A stretch of 32,000 bases of DNA, from the NCBI RefSeq assembly GCF_000219175.1, contig NC_015735.1, positions 420,001 to 452,000 of the forward strand, in the 5' to 3' direction. This document shows positions 21,715-32,000 of this stretch, piece by piece. The notes beneath the pieces were generated by a model, which ran no database searches, was not told where the DNA came from, and saw nothing but the letters and a program-made list of their open reading frames with translations. This DNA is from Candidatus Moranella endobia PCIT (GTDB lineage Bacteria; Pseudomonadota; Gammaproteobacteria; Enterobacterales; Enterobacteriaceae). The position numbers and the translations under genes were made by a program. Position 1 is the stretch's first letter. Each line of letters opens with the position of its first letter.

Positions 21715-22683
21715 CTATGACGCTAGACGCAGCGATATATCGCCGTCAGAATACGCATGGTATTCTCCGTCCTGCTCCAACAATAAGGCTCCATTGGTGT
21801 TAATGCCGCTCGAAATACCCCTAATTTCCTGATTGCCAATGATTAATTTTACGGGACAATTATAGAAGTTATCCAACGACTGCCAGCGATTAACAAATGG
21901 CGCGAACCCATCACGCTCGAATTGCTGTAGCGTCTGACGCAACGTATTGATCAATTCTGCAACTAGCGCATTGCGATCGATGGTGATGCCAACTTCCTGC
22001 AGGTTAATCCAATCCTGATCGATCATATCACTAGCAGAACCGGGCATATTAAGGTTCATACCGACGCCGATCACAAAATGGATGACGTTACCAACCTGAC
22101 CGGTAATTTCTAACAGTATCCCTGCTAGTTTGCTATTGTTAAGATAAATATCATTTGGCCATTTGACGCGTACTCCTTCGAAACCTAAGCGTTGCAACAT
22201 CTCTGCGATGACAATACCAACCATGATGCTCAGTCCGCTAGTCGCTGACTGCCCCTGCTCAAAACGCCAATATATGGACAAATAAATATTTTTGCCGAAT
22301 GGCGATAGCCACTTTCGGCCGCGCCGGCCACGTCCCTGTGTCTGATATTCTGCCGTACAGACGTCGCCAGGTTCTAATATGCCAATACGATCGATTAAAT
22401 ACTGATTGGTGGAATTAATCACCGATATAACCACGAGCCGACCATAAGGTAAGCGCGCCCAGATCGCAGTTTCATCCAATAACTGCAGCGGCTCATGTAA
22501 ACGGTAGCCTGTCTTAGGTACTGTAATTGTAAGGACCTCTACTCCCCACTCGCGCACTGTTTGAATATATTTGTTAATCTCCGCAAAACTCATTCCAAAC
22601 AGCGCGCTTAATTTGGCTCCGGAATGAAACTCACCATCGGCCAGCAAGCTTATAAGCTTGAGTGGTATACCTACGTTTTTCAT
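21715..22683 (-). CDS. birA: Bifunctional biotin-protein ligase / biotin operon repressor BirA
   Basis: LKLISLLADGEFHSG, NSTNQYLIDRIG, GRGRRGRKWLSPFGKNIYLSIYWR, VRVKWPNDIYLNNSKLAGILLEITG, VIGVGMNLNMP and GALLLEQDG. Homology begins at MKNVGIPLKL (ATG 22683); the longer track ORF adds non-homologous residues. Confidence 0.95.
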   Translation of the reverse strand: MKNVGIPLKLISLLADGEFHSGAKLSALFGMSFAEINKYIQTVREWGVEVLTITVPKTGYRLHEPLQLLDETAIWARLPYGRLVVISVINSTNQYLIDRIGILEPGDVCTAEYQTQGRGRRGRKWLSPFGKNIYLSIYWRFEQGQSATSGLSIMVGIVIAEMLQRLGFEGVRVKWPNDIYLNNSKLAGILLEITGQVGNVIHFVIGVGMNLNMPGSASDMIDQDWINLQEVGITIDRNALVAELINTLRQTLQQFERDGFAPFVNRWQSLDNFYNCPVKLIIGNQEIRGISSGINTNGALLLEQDGEYHAYSDGDISLRLAS

Positions 22684-23690
22684 TCTATCACTGCCAACTA
22701 ATATTGCTATTAACGCCGAAGCTAACTTCAGGCTCCAGCCAGACATCAACTAGTTCGTCAATTTTTCAGCGCACATGGCGCGCCCAACAAGTTAACCAAT
22801 CTACCTCCGTATGGGTCACTATTATGCGTCTTAACACATCACAATCTTGATAGACGATAGGGGGTAGGTAATTGACCGATCTTTTGGCGAAATATGACGG
22901 TAGATGACGGTAACTGCTGTTGCACAGCGCATACTATCTATAGCAAATAGTACTGTAATCATTACTCATTAACCATTTCATGGTTACACCTGATAATTAC
23001 CATATCCTACATTCCTACATATTATTATCGGAGGAACGAATTAAAAAAAATAACCATACTAACTTTCGAGCTCTTACTGTTATGGATATAATAACCATTC
23101 TTAGATCTAGGAACAAGGCAAAGATCATTTATTATAGCCTATTTGGCGCAGCGATATATCGCCGAGCAAATTATGGTCAACCATGTTCATAGTCGTCTCG
23201 TCCACCTGCAGGACGGTAGTACAACATCACCCCCGCTACGCTGGTAGTTTTTGCTAGCAAAACACGATCCTGCATCTGGGTAGCTACCGTTAAGGCTTGC
23301 TGGTTAGCCTAACTAGGCACCAGAAACAGAACTAGAACTAGCGAATAAACTAAAGATTAAAATTTAACCGCTGGTTTTAGGTTAATGATGGGTTAAGAAC
23401 AGATTCTGGTTGGTTGCCTGAAAGGCAATTGGTGCCAAAAATACTAGTCGCATGCAGTTAGCCTAAATTTAAGACATTAATACACTTCCGTTTTCGGAAG
23501 TACGCTGGTTAATTCATATTTGCACCGGGTTAATTACCGTTTTTGACTCCTAAGCCTACGCTACTATGAGGTAACGTCGATAATTGGTGCGGCATACTCT
23601 AGGCATATGTATTGATCATCTTGTGATCATCGTGATGATGAATATCACTGATGTAATGCTTATTAACCTAATTAAGGACCTTGAATTATT

Positions 23691-24245
23691 ATGCTGACAT
23701 TGACGTTTTTTGTAAAAACGCTAATCGATATTTATATTATGGTGCTGCTGCTACGACTTTGGATGCAATGGACGCACTGCGATTTCTATAACCAATTTTC
23801 GCAACTTATCGTCAAAATAACCCAGCCAATTGTTGGCCCATTGCGCAGAATTATTCCTGCCTTCGGCCAGTTGGACACGGTATCGCTGTTTCTGGCATTA
23901 ATTTTAGCAATGATAAAATTACCGCTACTGACTCTTATTGAAATACGCATACTGATCATTGATATAATTTACTTGATGGTAGGTATGCTAGCTTTTATGA
24001 AAGCGGCCGGTGAACTGATGTTCTGGGTGGTTATTGTTCGTTCATTGCTAAGTTGGGTCAGCCAAGGCCGCAGTCCAATGGATGTAGTATTCTATCAATT
24101 AAGCGAACCGCTCATGTATCCTATTCGCTGTATTCTGCCTGCCATGGGTGGCATCGACTTTTCGGCGATGGTAGTGATTCTGATCCTATACGCCTTAAAT
24201 TATCTTGGTATGGATTTGTTCTCTGGCATTTGGTATCGCCTATGA
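23691..24245 (+). CDS. yggT: YggT-family inner-membrane protein
   Basis: MLTLTFFVKTLIDIYIMVLLLRLWMQWTHCDFYNQFSQLIVKITQPIVGPLRRIIPAFG, SWVSQGRSPMDVVFYQLSEPLMYPIRCILPAMGGIDFSAM. Two tandem YggT modules. Confidence 0.93.
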   Translation: MLTLTFFVKTLIDIYIMVLLLRLWMQWTHCDFYNQFSQLIVKITQPIVGPLRRIIPAFGQLDTVSLFLALILAMIKLPLLTLIEIRILIIDIIYLMVGMLAFMKAAGELMFWVVIVRSLLSWVSQGRSPMDVVFYQLSEPLMYPIRCILPAMGGIDFSAMVVILILYALNYLGMDLFSGIWYRL

Positions 24246-24300
24246 TCGACTGCCAGCCGTCTATTTATGACATTCTTGCTGCTGTTGGAAACCTTAAGAG

Positions 24301-25434
24301 ATGCAGAATTTACCGCCACTTAGTCTATACCTACATATTCCATGGTGCGTGCGAAAATGCCCTTATTGCGATTTCAATACCCAAGCAATAAAGGGAAATA
24401 TACCACATCAGGAATATGTAGATCATATGTTGACGGACTTGGAACAAGATTACTGTCTTACTGACGGTAGAACCGTCAATACCCTGTTCATTGGTGGTGG
24501 CACACCGAGTTTGCTGTCGGTCAACGCCCTGCAATCGTTGCTTGCTGGCGTGCGCCAGCGCTTACCTATGGCGCCAGATGCTGAAATTACCATTGAAGCT
24601 AATCCGGGCACAGTCGATACTGATCGTTTTGCGGCTTATCAGCAGGCGGGTATCAATCGTATTTCTCTTGGCGTACAAAGCTTCAATCTGGAGAAGCTAT
24701 CTAGTCTTGGCCGTATCCATGACGCTGAGGAAGCCAGGTTAGCAACGCAGTTGGTGTCTACTCTCGGTCTAAACAATTTTAATCTTGATTTGATGCACGG
24801 TCTACCTGGCCAGTCACTTACAGAAGCACTTGATGATTTGGCCCAAGCGATCGTACTAGCACCGTCGCATGTCTCCTGGTACCAATTAACTATAGAGCCA
24901 AAAACATTGTTTGGCTTACATCCGCCAGAACTACCAGATGATGATGTACTTTGGGACATCTACCAACGCGGCGACCGGCTGCTCAAGGCAGCTGGTTACT
25001 TTCAGTATGAAACCTCAGCCTATGCACAGCTAGGTTTCCAATGCTGCCACAATCTAAATTATTGGCGTTTCGGCGATTATCTTGGTATCGGATGCGGTGC
25101 CCACGGCAAGCTGACGCAGTCGAACTGTACGGTTGTGCGGACAGTAAAAACTCAACATCCGCGTGGTTATATGCAGAGTAACTATCTGGCGAAACGTTAT
25201 CAGGTCGCATCGGCTGATTTACCGTTTGAATATTTCATGAACCGCTTCCGGTTGTTGGAAGCGGTGCCGCGTGTAGAATTCACCAACTTTACAGGGCTTG
25301 AGGAACACGTGGTGCGCGCGGCGCTAGATCAGGCGCTGGCCGGCAATTATATCACCGAAAACGATAGCCACTGGCAGGTAACAAAAAAAGGTCAGTTATT
25401 TCTCAATTCTTTACTGGAGATGTTTATTTTATAA
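24301..25434 (+). CDS. hemW: Heme chaperone HemW (radical SAM, HemN-like)
   Basis: LPPLSLYLHIPWCVRKCPYCDFNTQAIKG (CxxxCxxC), FIGGGTPSLLS, EANPGTVDTDRF, GINRISLGVQSF, FNLDLMHGLPGQS and LNYWRFGDYLGIGCGAHGK. Confidence 0.95.
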   Translation: MQNLPPLSLYLHIPWCVRKCPYCDFNTQAIKGNIPHQEYVDHMLTDLEQDYCLTDGRTVNTLFIGGGTPSLLSVNALQSLLAGVRQRLPMAPDAEITIEANPGTVDTDRFAAYQQAGINRISLGVQSFNLEKLSSLGRIHDAEEARLATQLVSTLGLNNFNLDLMHGLPGQSLTEALDDLAQAIVLAPSHVSWYQLTIEPKTLFGLHPPELPDDDVLWDIYQRGDRLLKAAGYFQYETSAYAQLGFQCCHNLNYWRFGDYLGIGCGAHGKLTQSNCTVVRTVKTQHPRGYMQSNYLAKRYQVASADLPFEYFMNRFRLLEAVPRVEFTNFTGLEEHVVRAALDQALAGNYITENDSHWQVTKKGQLFLNSLLEMFIL

Positions 25435-25752
25435 GGATCTTTTATCAGGCCACGTAAACGTTTAGAACAGCACAACTACGACTAAGCTATGCTGCTCTAA
25501 CTCATCGCCTAACCTGATACGCCGCCTGAAAGCTGCATCTACATCTACGTACGTGTGTTTACCAATATTCTGGCGGTGCAGAACCAGTTTGACACTCATT
25601 CCCACTTAACCACCTTACTAACAACCATGATGGCGATTAATTAACAACACCAGGCTAGTTTGTTGCCTAACAGCATGACCGTAACAAACATGTCAGCTAT
25701 TATTGGGAGAATGTAGCATTATGAGAAAGATTTATTTAAACTATGTGTTGTT

Positions 25753-26823
25753 ATGCGCCTTGATGACTTCTTGTTTGAATTACCAGCTCATCTGATTGCC
25801 CGCTATCCGCAGAGGGAACGCAGCGCATGCCGTTTGCTGTCGCTGGATGGTGAGACGGGCGCTTTGGTGCATCAGGTTTTTACCGATTTAATCAATAACT
25901 TGGCTCCTGGTGATTTGTTGGTTTTCAACAATACTCGGGTGATCCCAGCCCGGTTATTTGGCCGCAAAATCAGCGGGGGTAAAATTGAAATCATGGTTGA
26001 AAGAATTATCAATGATAAACAAGTGCTGGCACACGTACGCGCTTCCAAGGTACTTAAAGTTGGTACTACGCTACTATTGGGTGATGATAACAGTATCGCC
26101 GCCACTATGGTAGCCCGCCATGATTCACTGTATGAACTGCGTTTTAACGACCAACGAGATGTGCTAACGCTACTGGATGAAAAAGGTCATATACCTTTAC
26201 CACCCTATATTGATAGGCCAGATAACGTCGCGGATAGTACACGTTATCAGACTGTGTACAGTGAACGGCCCGGCGCAGTTGCTGCTCCTACCGCCGGTCT
26301 GCATTTCGATGAGTTGATACTAGCGAAGCTACGCGCTAAAGGTATTGAAATGGCTTTTGTAACCCTTCATGTTGGCGCGGGCACCTTCCAGCCGGTGCGG
26401 GTTAATAGGATCGAGCAGCATCGAATGCACTCAGAGTATGTTGAAGTGCCGCAAGAAGTAGTTAACGCGGTTTTGGCCTGTAAGGCGCGCGCCAAACGCG
26501 TAGTTGCAGTTGGCACCACTTCAGTTCGTTCGCTTGAGAGCGCCGCGGCCGCGGCAGGAGAACAAGTGCTTGCGCCGTTTTACGGTGACACTAGCATATT
26601 TATTTATCCCGGTTATCATTTTCGCGTGATTGATGCACTTATTACCAATTTTCACCTGCCGAAGTCAACCTTGATAATGCTGGTATCGGCGTTCGCTGGC
26701 TATCACCATACGGTAGCAGCCTACCGTGAAGCGGTAGCGCAGGAGTACCGTTTTTTTAGTTACGGGGATGCCATGTTTATCACCCGTAACCCCACTGCTG
26801 CTAATATAGCGCACATGAATTAG
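25753..26823 (+). CDS. queA: S-adenosylmethionine:tRNA ribosyltransferase-isomerase (queuosine pathway)
   Basis: [75 protein letters not shown] and [20 protein letters not shown]. Confidence 0.96.
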   Translation: MRLDDFLFELPAHLIARYPQRERSACRLLSLDGETGALVHQVFTDLINNLAPGDLLVFNNTRVIPARLFGRKISGGKIEIMVERIINDKQVLAHVRASKVLKVGTTLLLGDDNSIAATMVARHDSLYELRFNDQRDVLTLLDEKGHIPLPPYIDRPDNVADSTRYQTVYSERPGAVAAPTAGLHFDELILAKLRAKGIEMAFVTLHVGAGTFQPVRVNRIEQHRMHSEYVEVPQEVVNAVLACKARAKRVVAVGTTSVRSLESAAAAAGEQVLAPFYGDTSIFIYPGYHFRVIDALITNFHLPKSTLIMLVSAFAGYHHTVAAYREAVAQEYRFFSYGDAMFITRNPTAANIAHMN

Positions 26824-26826
26824 TAA

Positions 26827-28023
<1,197 letters not shown>

Positions 28024-28297
28024 ATAACTTTAATATATGATTTATTTGTTGAAGCAGTTTCTGCCCAAGTTGTTCTATTCTATTAACGTCCTGATTTCTT
28101 ATGAACTGGTAAATAAGTACGAGCAGCAAGATTGCTATGTTGGTTGCTATGTCGGTTAATAATAGCTTGCAAAACTGGATCGATATATTTAGCTCGACCA
28201 GCAGCAAGTATTATCATTGTTGCTGAACAAAACCAATCTATGAACGATGGAACGTTAATTATTCCCAATCACAACCATACTACCTGAGGTAAACCTG

Positions 28298-28705
28298 ATG
28301 CAGATCGACATTAAAGTTGATACATGCTCCATGGAGGAGCATAGCTGGCGAGGTCTGACGCTAACAGATGCCGCCGCCCGGCAGATCAAGCTGCTCGTTG
28401 GAAATGACCCATCTATGCTAGGGTTAAGGTTGAGCGTGAAACAGTCTGGCTGCGCTGGTTTCAGCTATGTGGTGGCAAAGGCAACGCGGTATAATAATAA
28501 CGACGTAGTTTACGAGCAATCTGGCGCCAGATTGTATGTCCCGCTGAAGGCAATGCAGTTCCTTGACGGCACGGAACTAGACTACGTTCAGGAAGGACTA
28601 AATTCAGTATTTAAATTTAACAATCCTAAAGCTCAGCACGCCTGTGGGTGCGGCGAAAGCTTTAGCCTGGGAGTGATCAAGCATCATGGCAAGAAGCACA
28701 ACTGA
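28298..28705 (+). CDS. sufA: Fe-S cluster assembly scaffold/carrier SufA
   Basis: [69 protein letters not shown], with all three A-type carrier cysteines. First gene of a sufABCD cluster. Confidence 0.94.
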   Translation: MQIDIKVDTCSMEEHSWRGLTLTDAAARQIKLLVGNDPSMLGLRLSVKQSGCAGFSYVVAKATRYNNNDVVYEQSGARLYVPLKAMQFLDGTELDYVQEGLNSVFKFNNPKAQHACGCGESFSLGVIKHHGKKHN

Positions 28706-30188
28706 CACCACTGCAGCTACTGAAGCAACTAAAATTTGGGAAAAAAAATATCGCTATAAAGAAGGATTCTTTACCCAACTAGCAACGGAAGAACTGGCTT
28801 ACGGCATCAGCGAAGATGTAGTACGTGCCATCTCTGCGAAACGCGCTGAACCTGGGTGGATGCTGGAATTGCGTCTTAATGCCTATAGCGCCTGGTTGAA
28901 CATGGAAGAACCACACTGGCTGAAAGCACATTATCACCCTATAGACTATAATGCTTACAGCTACTATTCCGCGCCGTACTGCGATGCTGGCGACGATGCT
29001 TGCTGGTCACAGTACGATGCCACTCGGTCCAGAGCGGACGGGGCGAAATCCTATCTGACCGATGAAGTGGAAAAGACCTTTAATAAACTAGGTGTGCCGG
29101 TACGCGAAGGCAACAATATCGCGGTAGATGCTATTTTCGATTCTGTGTCGGTTTCTACTACCTATCGCGATAAGCTGGCTGAACATGGAATTATTTTTTG
29201 TTCCTTTGGCGAAGCAATTCATAAACACCCGGAACTGGTGCGCCAATATCTTGGCAGTGTGGTACCTGCTAACGATAACTTCTTTGCCGCGCTAAACTTA
29301 GCAGTTGCTTCCGACGGTACATTCGTTTATGTACCAAAAGGCGTACGCTGTCCAATGGAACTGTCAACCTATTTCCGCATTAATGCTGCCAAAACTGGCC
29401 AGTTTGAACGTACCATCCTTATCGCTGATGAAGGCAGCTATGTAAGCTATATTGAGGGATGTTCAGCACCGGTGCGCGACAGCTATCAGCTACATGCAGC
29501 GGTGGTTGAAGTTATTGTGCTGAAAGATGCAGAAGTTAAGTATTCCACAGTACAAAACTGGTTCGCTGGTAGTGAGACCGAAGGCGGGATTCTAAACTTT
29601 GTTACCAAACGCGCACTTTGCGCTAGTGAAAACGCTAAAATGTCTTGGATGCAGTCCGAAACTGGCTCGGCCATTACCTGGAAGTACCCGAGCGTGATTT
29701 TGCGTGGTAACCATTCGGTAGGAAAATTCTTCTCGGTGGCGATTACCAACGGCCGCCAGCAGGCGGATACCGGTACCAAAATGATCCATATCGGCAAGAA
29801 TACACGATCAACTATTATCTCAAAGGGCATTGCTTCTGGCAAGAGCGAAAACACTTATCGTGGGTTAGTGAAGATTATGCCGAACGCCACCAACGCGCGT
29901 AACTTTACCCAATGTGATTCTATGCTGATTGGTAGCGAATGTGGTGCACACACTTTTCCTTCTGTTGAAGCTCGTAATAACACCGCTAAGTTAGAGCACG
30001 AGGCTACTACCTCTCGTATCGGCGAACATCAATTGTTTTACTGCCGACAGCGCGGTATCAGCAAAGATGATGCTATTTCGCTGATAGTTAATGGATTTTG
30101 TAAGGAAGTTTTCTCAGAACTACCGCTGGAGTTTGCGGTGGAAGCACAAAAATTACTGGCTATTAACCTTACACACAGCGTGGGCTGA
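28686..30188 (+). CDS. sufB: Fe-S cluster assembly protein SufB
   Basis: [105 protein letters not shown] and [23 protein letters not shown]. Overlaps the sufA 3' end by 20 nt. Confidence 0.97.
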   Translation: MARSTTDTTAATEATKIWEKKYRYKEGFFTQLATEELAYGISEDVVRAISAKRAEPGWMLELRLNAYSAWLNMEEPHWLKAHYHPIDYNAYSYYSAPYCDAGDDACWSQYDATRSRADGAKSYLTDEVEKTFNKLGVPVREGNNIAVDAIFDSVSVSTTYRDKLAEHGIIFCSFGEAIHKHPELVRQYLGSVVPANDNFFAALNLAVASDGTFVYVPKGVRCPMELSTYFRINAAKTGQFERTILIADEGSYVSYIEGCSAPVRDSYQLHAAVVEVIVLKDAEVKYSTVQNWFAGSETEGGILNFVTKRALCASENAKMSWMQSETGSAITWKYPSVILRGNHSVGKFFSVAITNGRQQADTGTKMIHIGKNTRSTIISKGIASGKSENTYRGLVKIMPNATNARNFTQCDSMLIGSECGAHTFPSVEARNNTAKLEHEATTSRIGEHQLFYCRQRGISKDDAISLIVNGFCKEVFSELPLEFAVEAQKLLAINLTHSVG

Positions 30189-30244
30189 AGTTGCCGAACC
30201 TTGTTTGCGGCTGCTGCTACAGGCAAGGTCAAGAGAAATGAGAC

Positions 30245-30985
30245 ATGTTATCGATTAAAGATCTTAACGTCAGTGTAAAAAACAACGTTATTCTCAATAG
30301 ATTGAATCTAGAAGTAAAATTAGGTGAAGTGCATGCCATCATGGGGCCGAACGGTTCCGGTAAGAGTACCCTGGCCACTACTCTAGCAGGAAGTGAAGAT
30401 TATGACGTAACATCCGGACAGGTTTTGTTCAAAGGCTGCAATTTACTGGAGCTAGAACCGGAAGAACGGGCCGGTAAAGGAGTTTTCATGGCTTTTCAAT
30501 ATCCGTTAGAAATTCCCGGTGTCAGTAATCAGTTTTTCCTGCAAACTGCAGTCAATGCCGTACGTAAATACCGCAAGCAGTCGCCATTGGACCGCTTCGA
30601 TTTTGCTGATTTCATAAACACCAAAATTGCACTGCTGCACATACCTGCTGACCTACTAACCAGATCAGTCAACGTAGGGTTTTCCGGCGGTGAGAAAAAA
30701 AGTAATGATATTCTGCAAATGGTCGCGTTGGAGCCTGATTTGTGTATTCTGGACGAAACAGACTCAGGTCTAGATATCGATGCGCTGAAAATGGTCACTC
30801 ATGGGGTTAATACCCTGCAAAATGGCGAACGTTCCTTTATTATTGTTACGCACTATCAGCGTATTCTTGATTACATTCAACCCGATTATGTCCATGTTAT
30901 GAATCAGGGCCGAATTGTACAATCAGGTGATTTTTCTCTGGTAAAAAAGATTGAGGAACAAGGCTATGGCTGGCTTACTAAATAA
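30245..30985 (+). CDS. sufC: Fe-S cluster assembly ATPase SufC
   Basis: MLSIKDLNVSVKNN, HAIMGPNGSGKSTLATTLAG (Walker A), MAFQYPLEIPGVSNQFFLQTA, VGFSGGEKKSNDILQM (signature), LCILDETDSGLDIDALK (Walker B) and IIVTHYQRILDYIQPDYVHVM. Confidence 0.96.
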   Translation: MLSIKDLNVSVKNNVILNRLNLEVKLGEVHAIMGPNGSGKSTLATTLAGSEDYDVTSGQVLFKGCNLLELEPEERAGKGVFMAFQYPLEIPGVSNQFFLQTAVNAVRKYRKQSPLDRFDFADFINTKIALLHIPADLLTRSVNVGFSGGEKKSNDILQMVALEPDLCILDETDSGLDIDALKMVTHGVNTLQNGERSFIIVTHYQRILDYIQPDYVHVMNQGRIVQSGDFSLVKKIEEQGYGWLTK

Positions 30986-32000
30986 ACGCAACAATAGTCG
31001 TAGTAATATTAGTAGTAATACTGCCGCACTTACACAGTGGCGCCAACTTTTTTTCGACCATAACTGTTCACCATTCACCGATAAATATGCGCATTGGCAG
31101 GATGTTGAACGCCTAGGTCTACCCAACGGTCAACATGAGCATTGGAAATACACCCCGCTTGACGGGCTACTTGCTCATAGTTTTACCCCCGCCACTACTA
31201 GTTTGGTATCTATCGATGACCTTGATGAGCTTAGTCTGAAGATAGATGCCTGCCGTCTAGTTTTTATCAATGGCAGTTTTGCCCCAACACTTAGTGATAG
31301 CCATACTGGCATATGGCAAGTAGAGGTCGAGAAGGGAGCAGCTAGGAGGTCACTGCCTGTCCCTATTCAGCCTGATATGTTCTTACATTTAACCGAAAGT
31401 CTGAGCCAGGAAACCACTAATATCCGCCTACCAGCTGGTATGGTGGCGCAACGTCCATTATATTTACTGCATCTTAGTCAGGGTAGCGATGATCAAGCCA
31501 ATCTTAGTACGGTGCATTACCGCCATCATCTTGAGGTGGGGGCCAACTCACAGTGTCAGGTTATTGAACATTTTGTTAGCATAAACGCCCACGGTCATTT
31601 CAGCGGGGCACGAATGTCAATGGCGGTCGACGCCAACGCCCACCTAAGCCATATCAAATTAGCCTTTGAAAGTCGCGCTAGCTACCATTTTGGTCATAAC
31701 GATATTAGCGTTGACCGAGCTGCTGTGGTACGCAGTAGTACGTTTATTTTAGGTGCTGGTTTAACCCGACATCAAACTAGTGCGCAGCTAAACGGCGAAG
31801 GTGCTAATATTGCAATAAACAGTTTGTTGCTACCTTCGGCGGCAGATATCAGCGATACCCGCACCTACCTTGAACACAACCAGGGCCATTGCTTTAGCCG
31901 CCAGCTGCACAAGGTAATCGCGCGCGACCATGGTAAGGGTGTGTGCAATGGATTGATTAAAGTGGCGAAAAATGCGCTCAAGACCGACGGTAAAATGACC
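30966..32000 (+). CDS. sufD: Fe-S cluster assembly protein SufD, 3'-truncated by the window edge (not in the supplied ORF track)
   Basis: ATG 30966 overlaps the sufC stop. It reads MAGLLNKRNNSR...TQWRQLF...GLPNGQHEHWKYTPLDGLLAHSF...HLSHIKLAFESRASYHFGHNDISVDRAAVVRSSTFILGAGLTRHQTSAQLNGEGANIAINSLLLPS...RDHGKGVCNGLIKVAKNALKTDGKMT. The frame is open to base 32000 (1035 nt). Confidence 0.95.
   Translation, partial: MAGLLNKRNNSRSNISSNTAALTQWRQLFFDHNCSPFTDKYAHWQDVERLGLPNGQHEHWKYTPLDGLLAHSFTPATTSLVSIDDLDELSLKIDACRLVFINGSFAPTLSDSHTGIWQVEVEKGAARRSLPVPIQPDMFLHLTESLSQETTNIRLPAGMVAQRPLYLLHLSQGSDDQANLSTVHYRHHLEVGANSQCQVIEHFVSINAHGHFSGARMSMAVDANAHLSHIKLAFESRASYHFGHNDISVDRAAVVRSSTFILGAGLTRHQTSAQLNGEGANIAINSLLLPSAADISDTRTYLEHNQGHCFSRQLHKVIARDHGKGVCNGLIKVAKNALKTDGKMT

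Overview
This window looks like part of the chromosome of a host-restricted, genome-reduced gammaproteobacterium. It is Enterobacterales-like, and an insect endosymbiont of the Sodalis/mealybug-symbiont type is my inference; I cannot place it to species. I recognise 22 apparently intact protein genes: pcnB, dksA, recJ, prfB, lysS, aroK, tusE, mnmA, pta, ackA, ydjM-like, typA, truA, birA, yggT, hemW, queA, tgt, sufA, sufB, sufC, and sufD (which runs off the right edge and is missing from the supplied ORF track). There is also one tRNA-Ser(UGA) and one clear pseudogene, pdxB. Long gene-free stretches separate many genes, and neighbours present in E. coli (gluQ, usg, yggU/rdgB, yajC-secDF) are missing at the junctions. 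I found no CRISPR array, transposon, phage, toxin-antitoxin or defence locus, and no convincing novel multi-gene system. The best second-look items are: the non-canonical ATT start of pcnB; the retained programmed +1 frameshift in prfB; pdxB caught in decay, with a homopolymer frameshift and a deletion of its NAD-binding domain; a 24-bp perfect inverted repeat forming the 3' end of ydjM; a perfect 26-bp palindrome downstream of typA; and an apparent loss of the CTAG avoidance typical of enterics.
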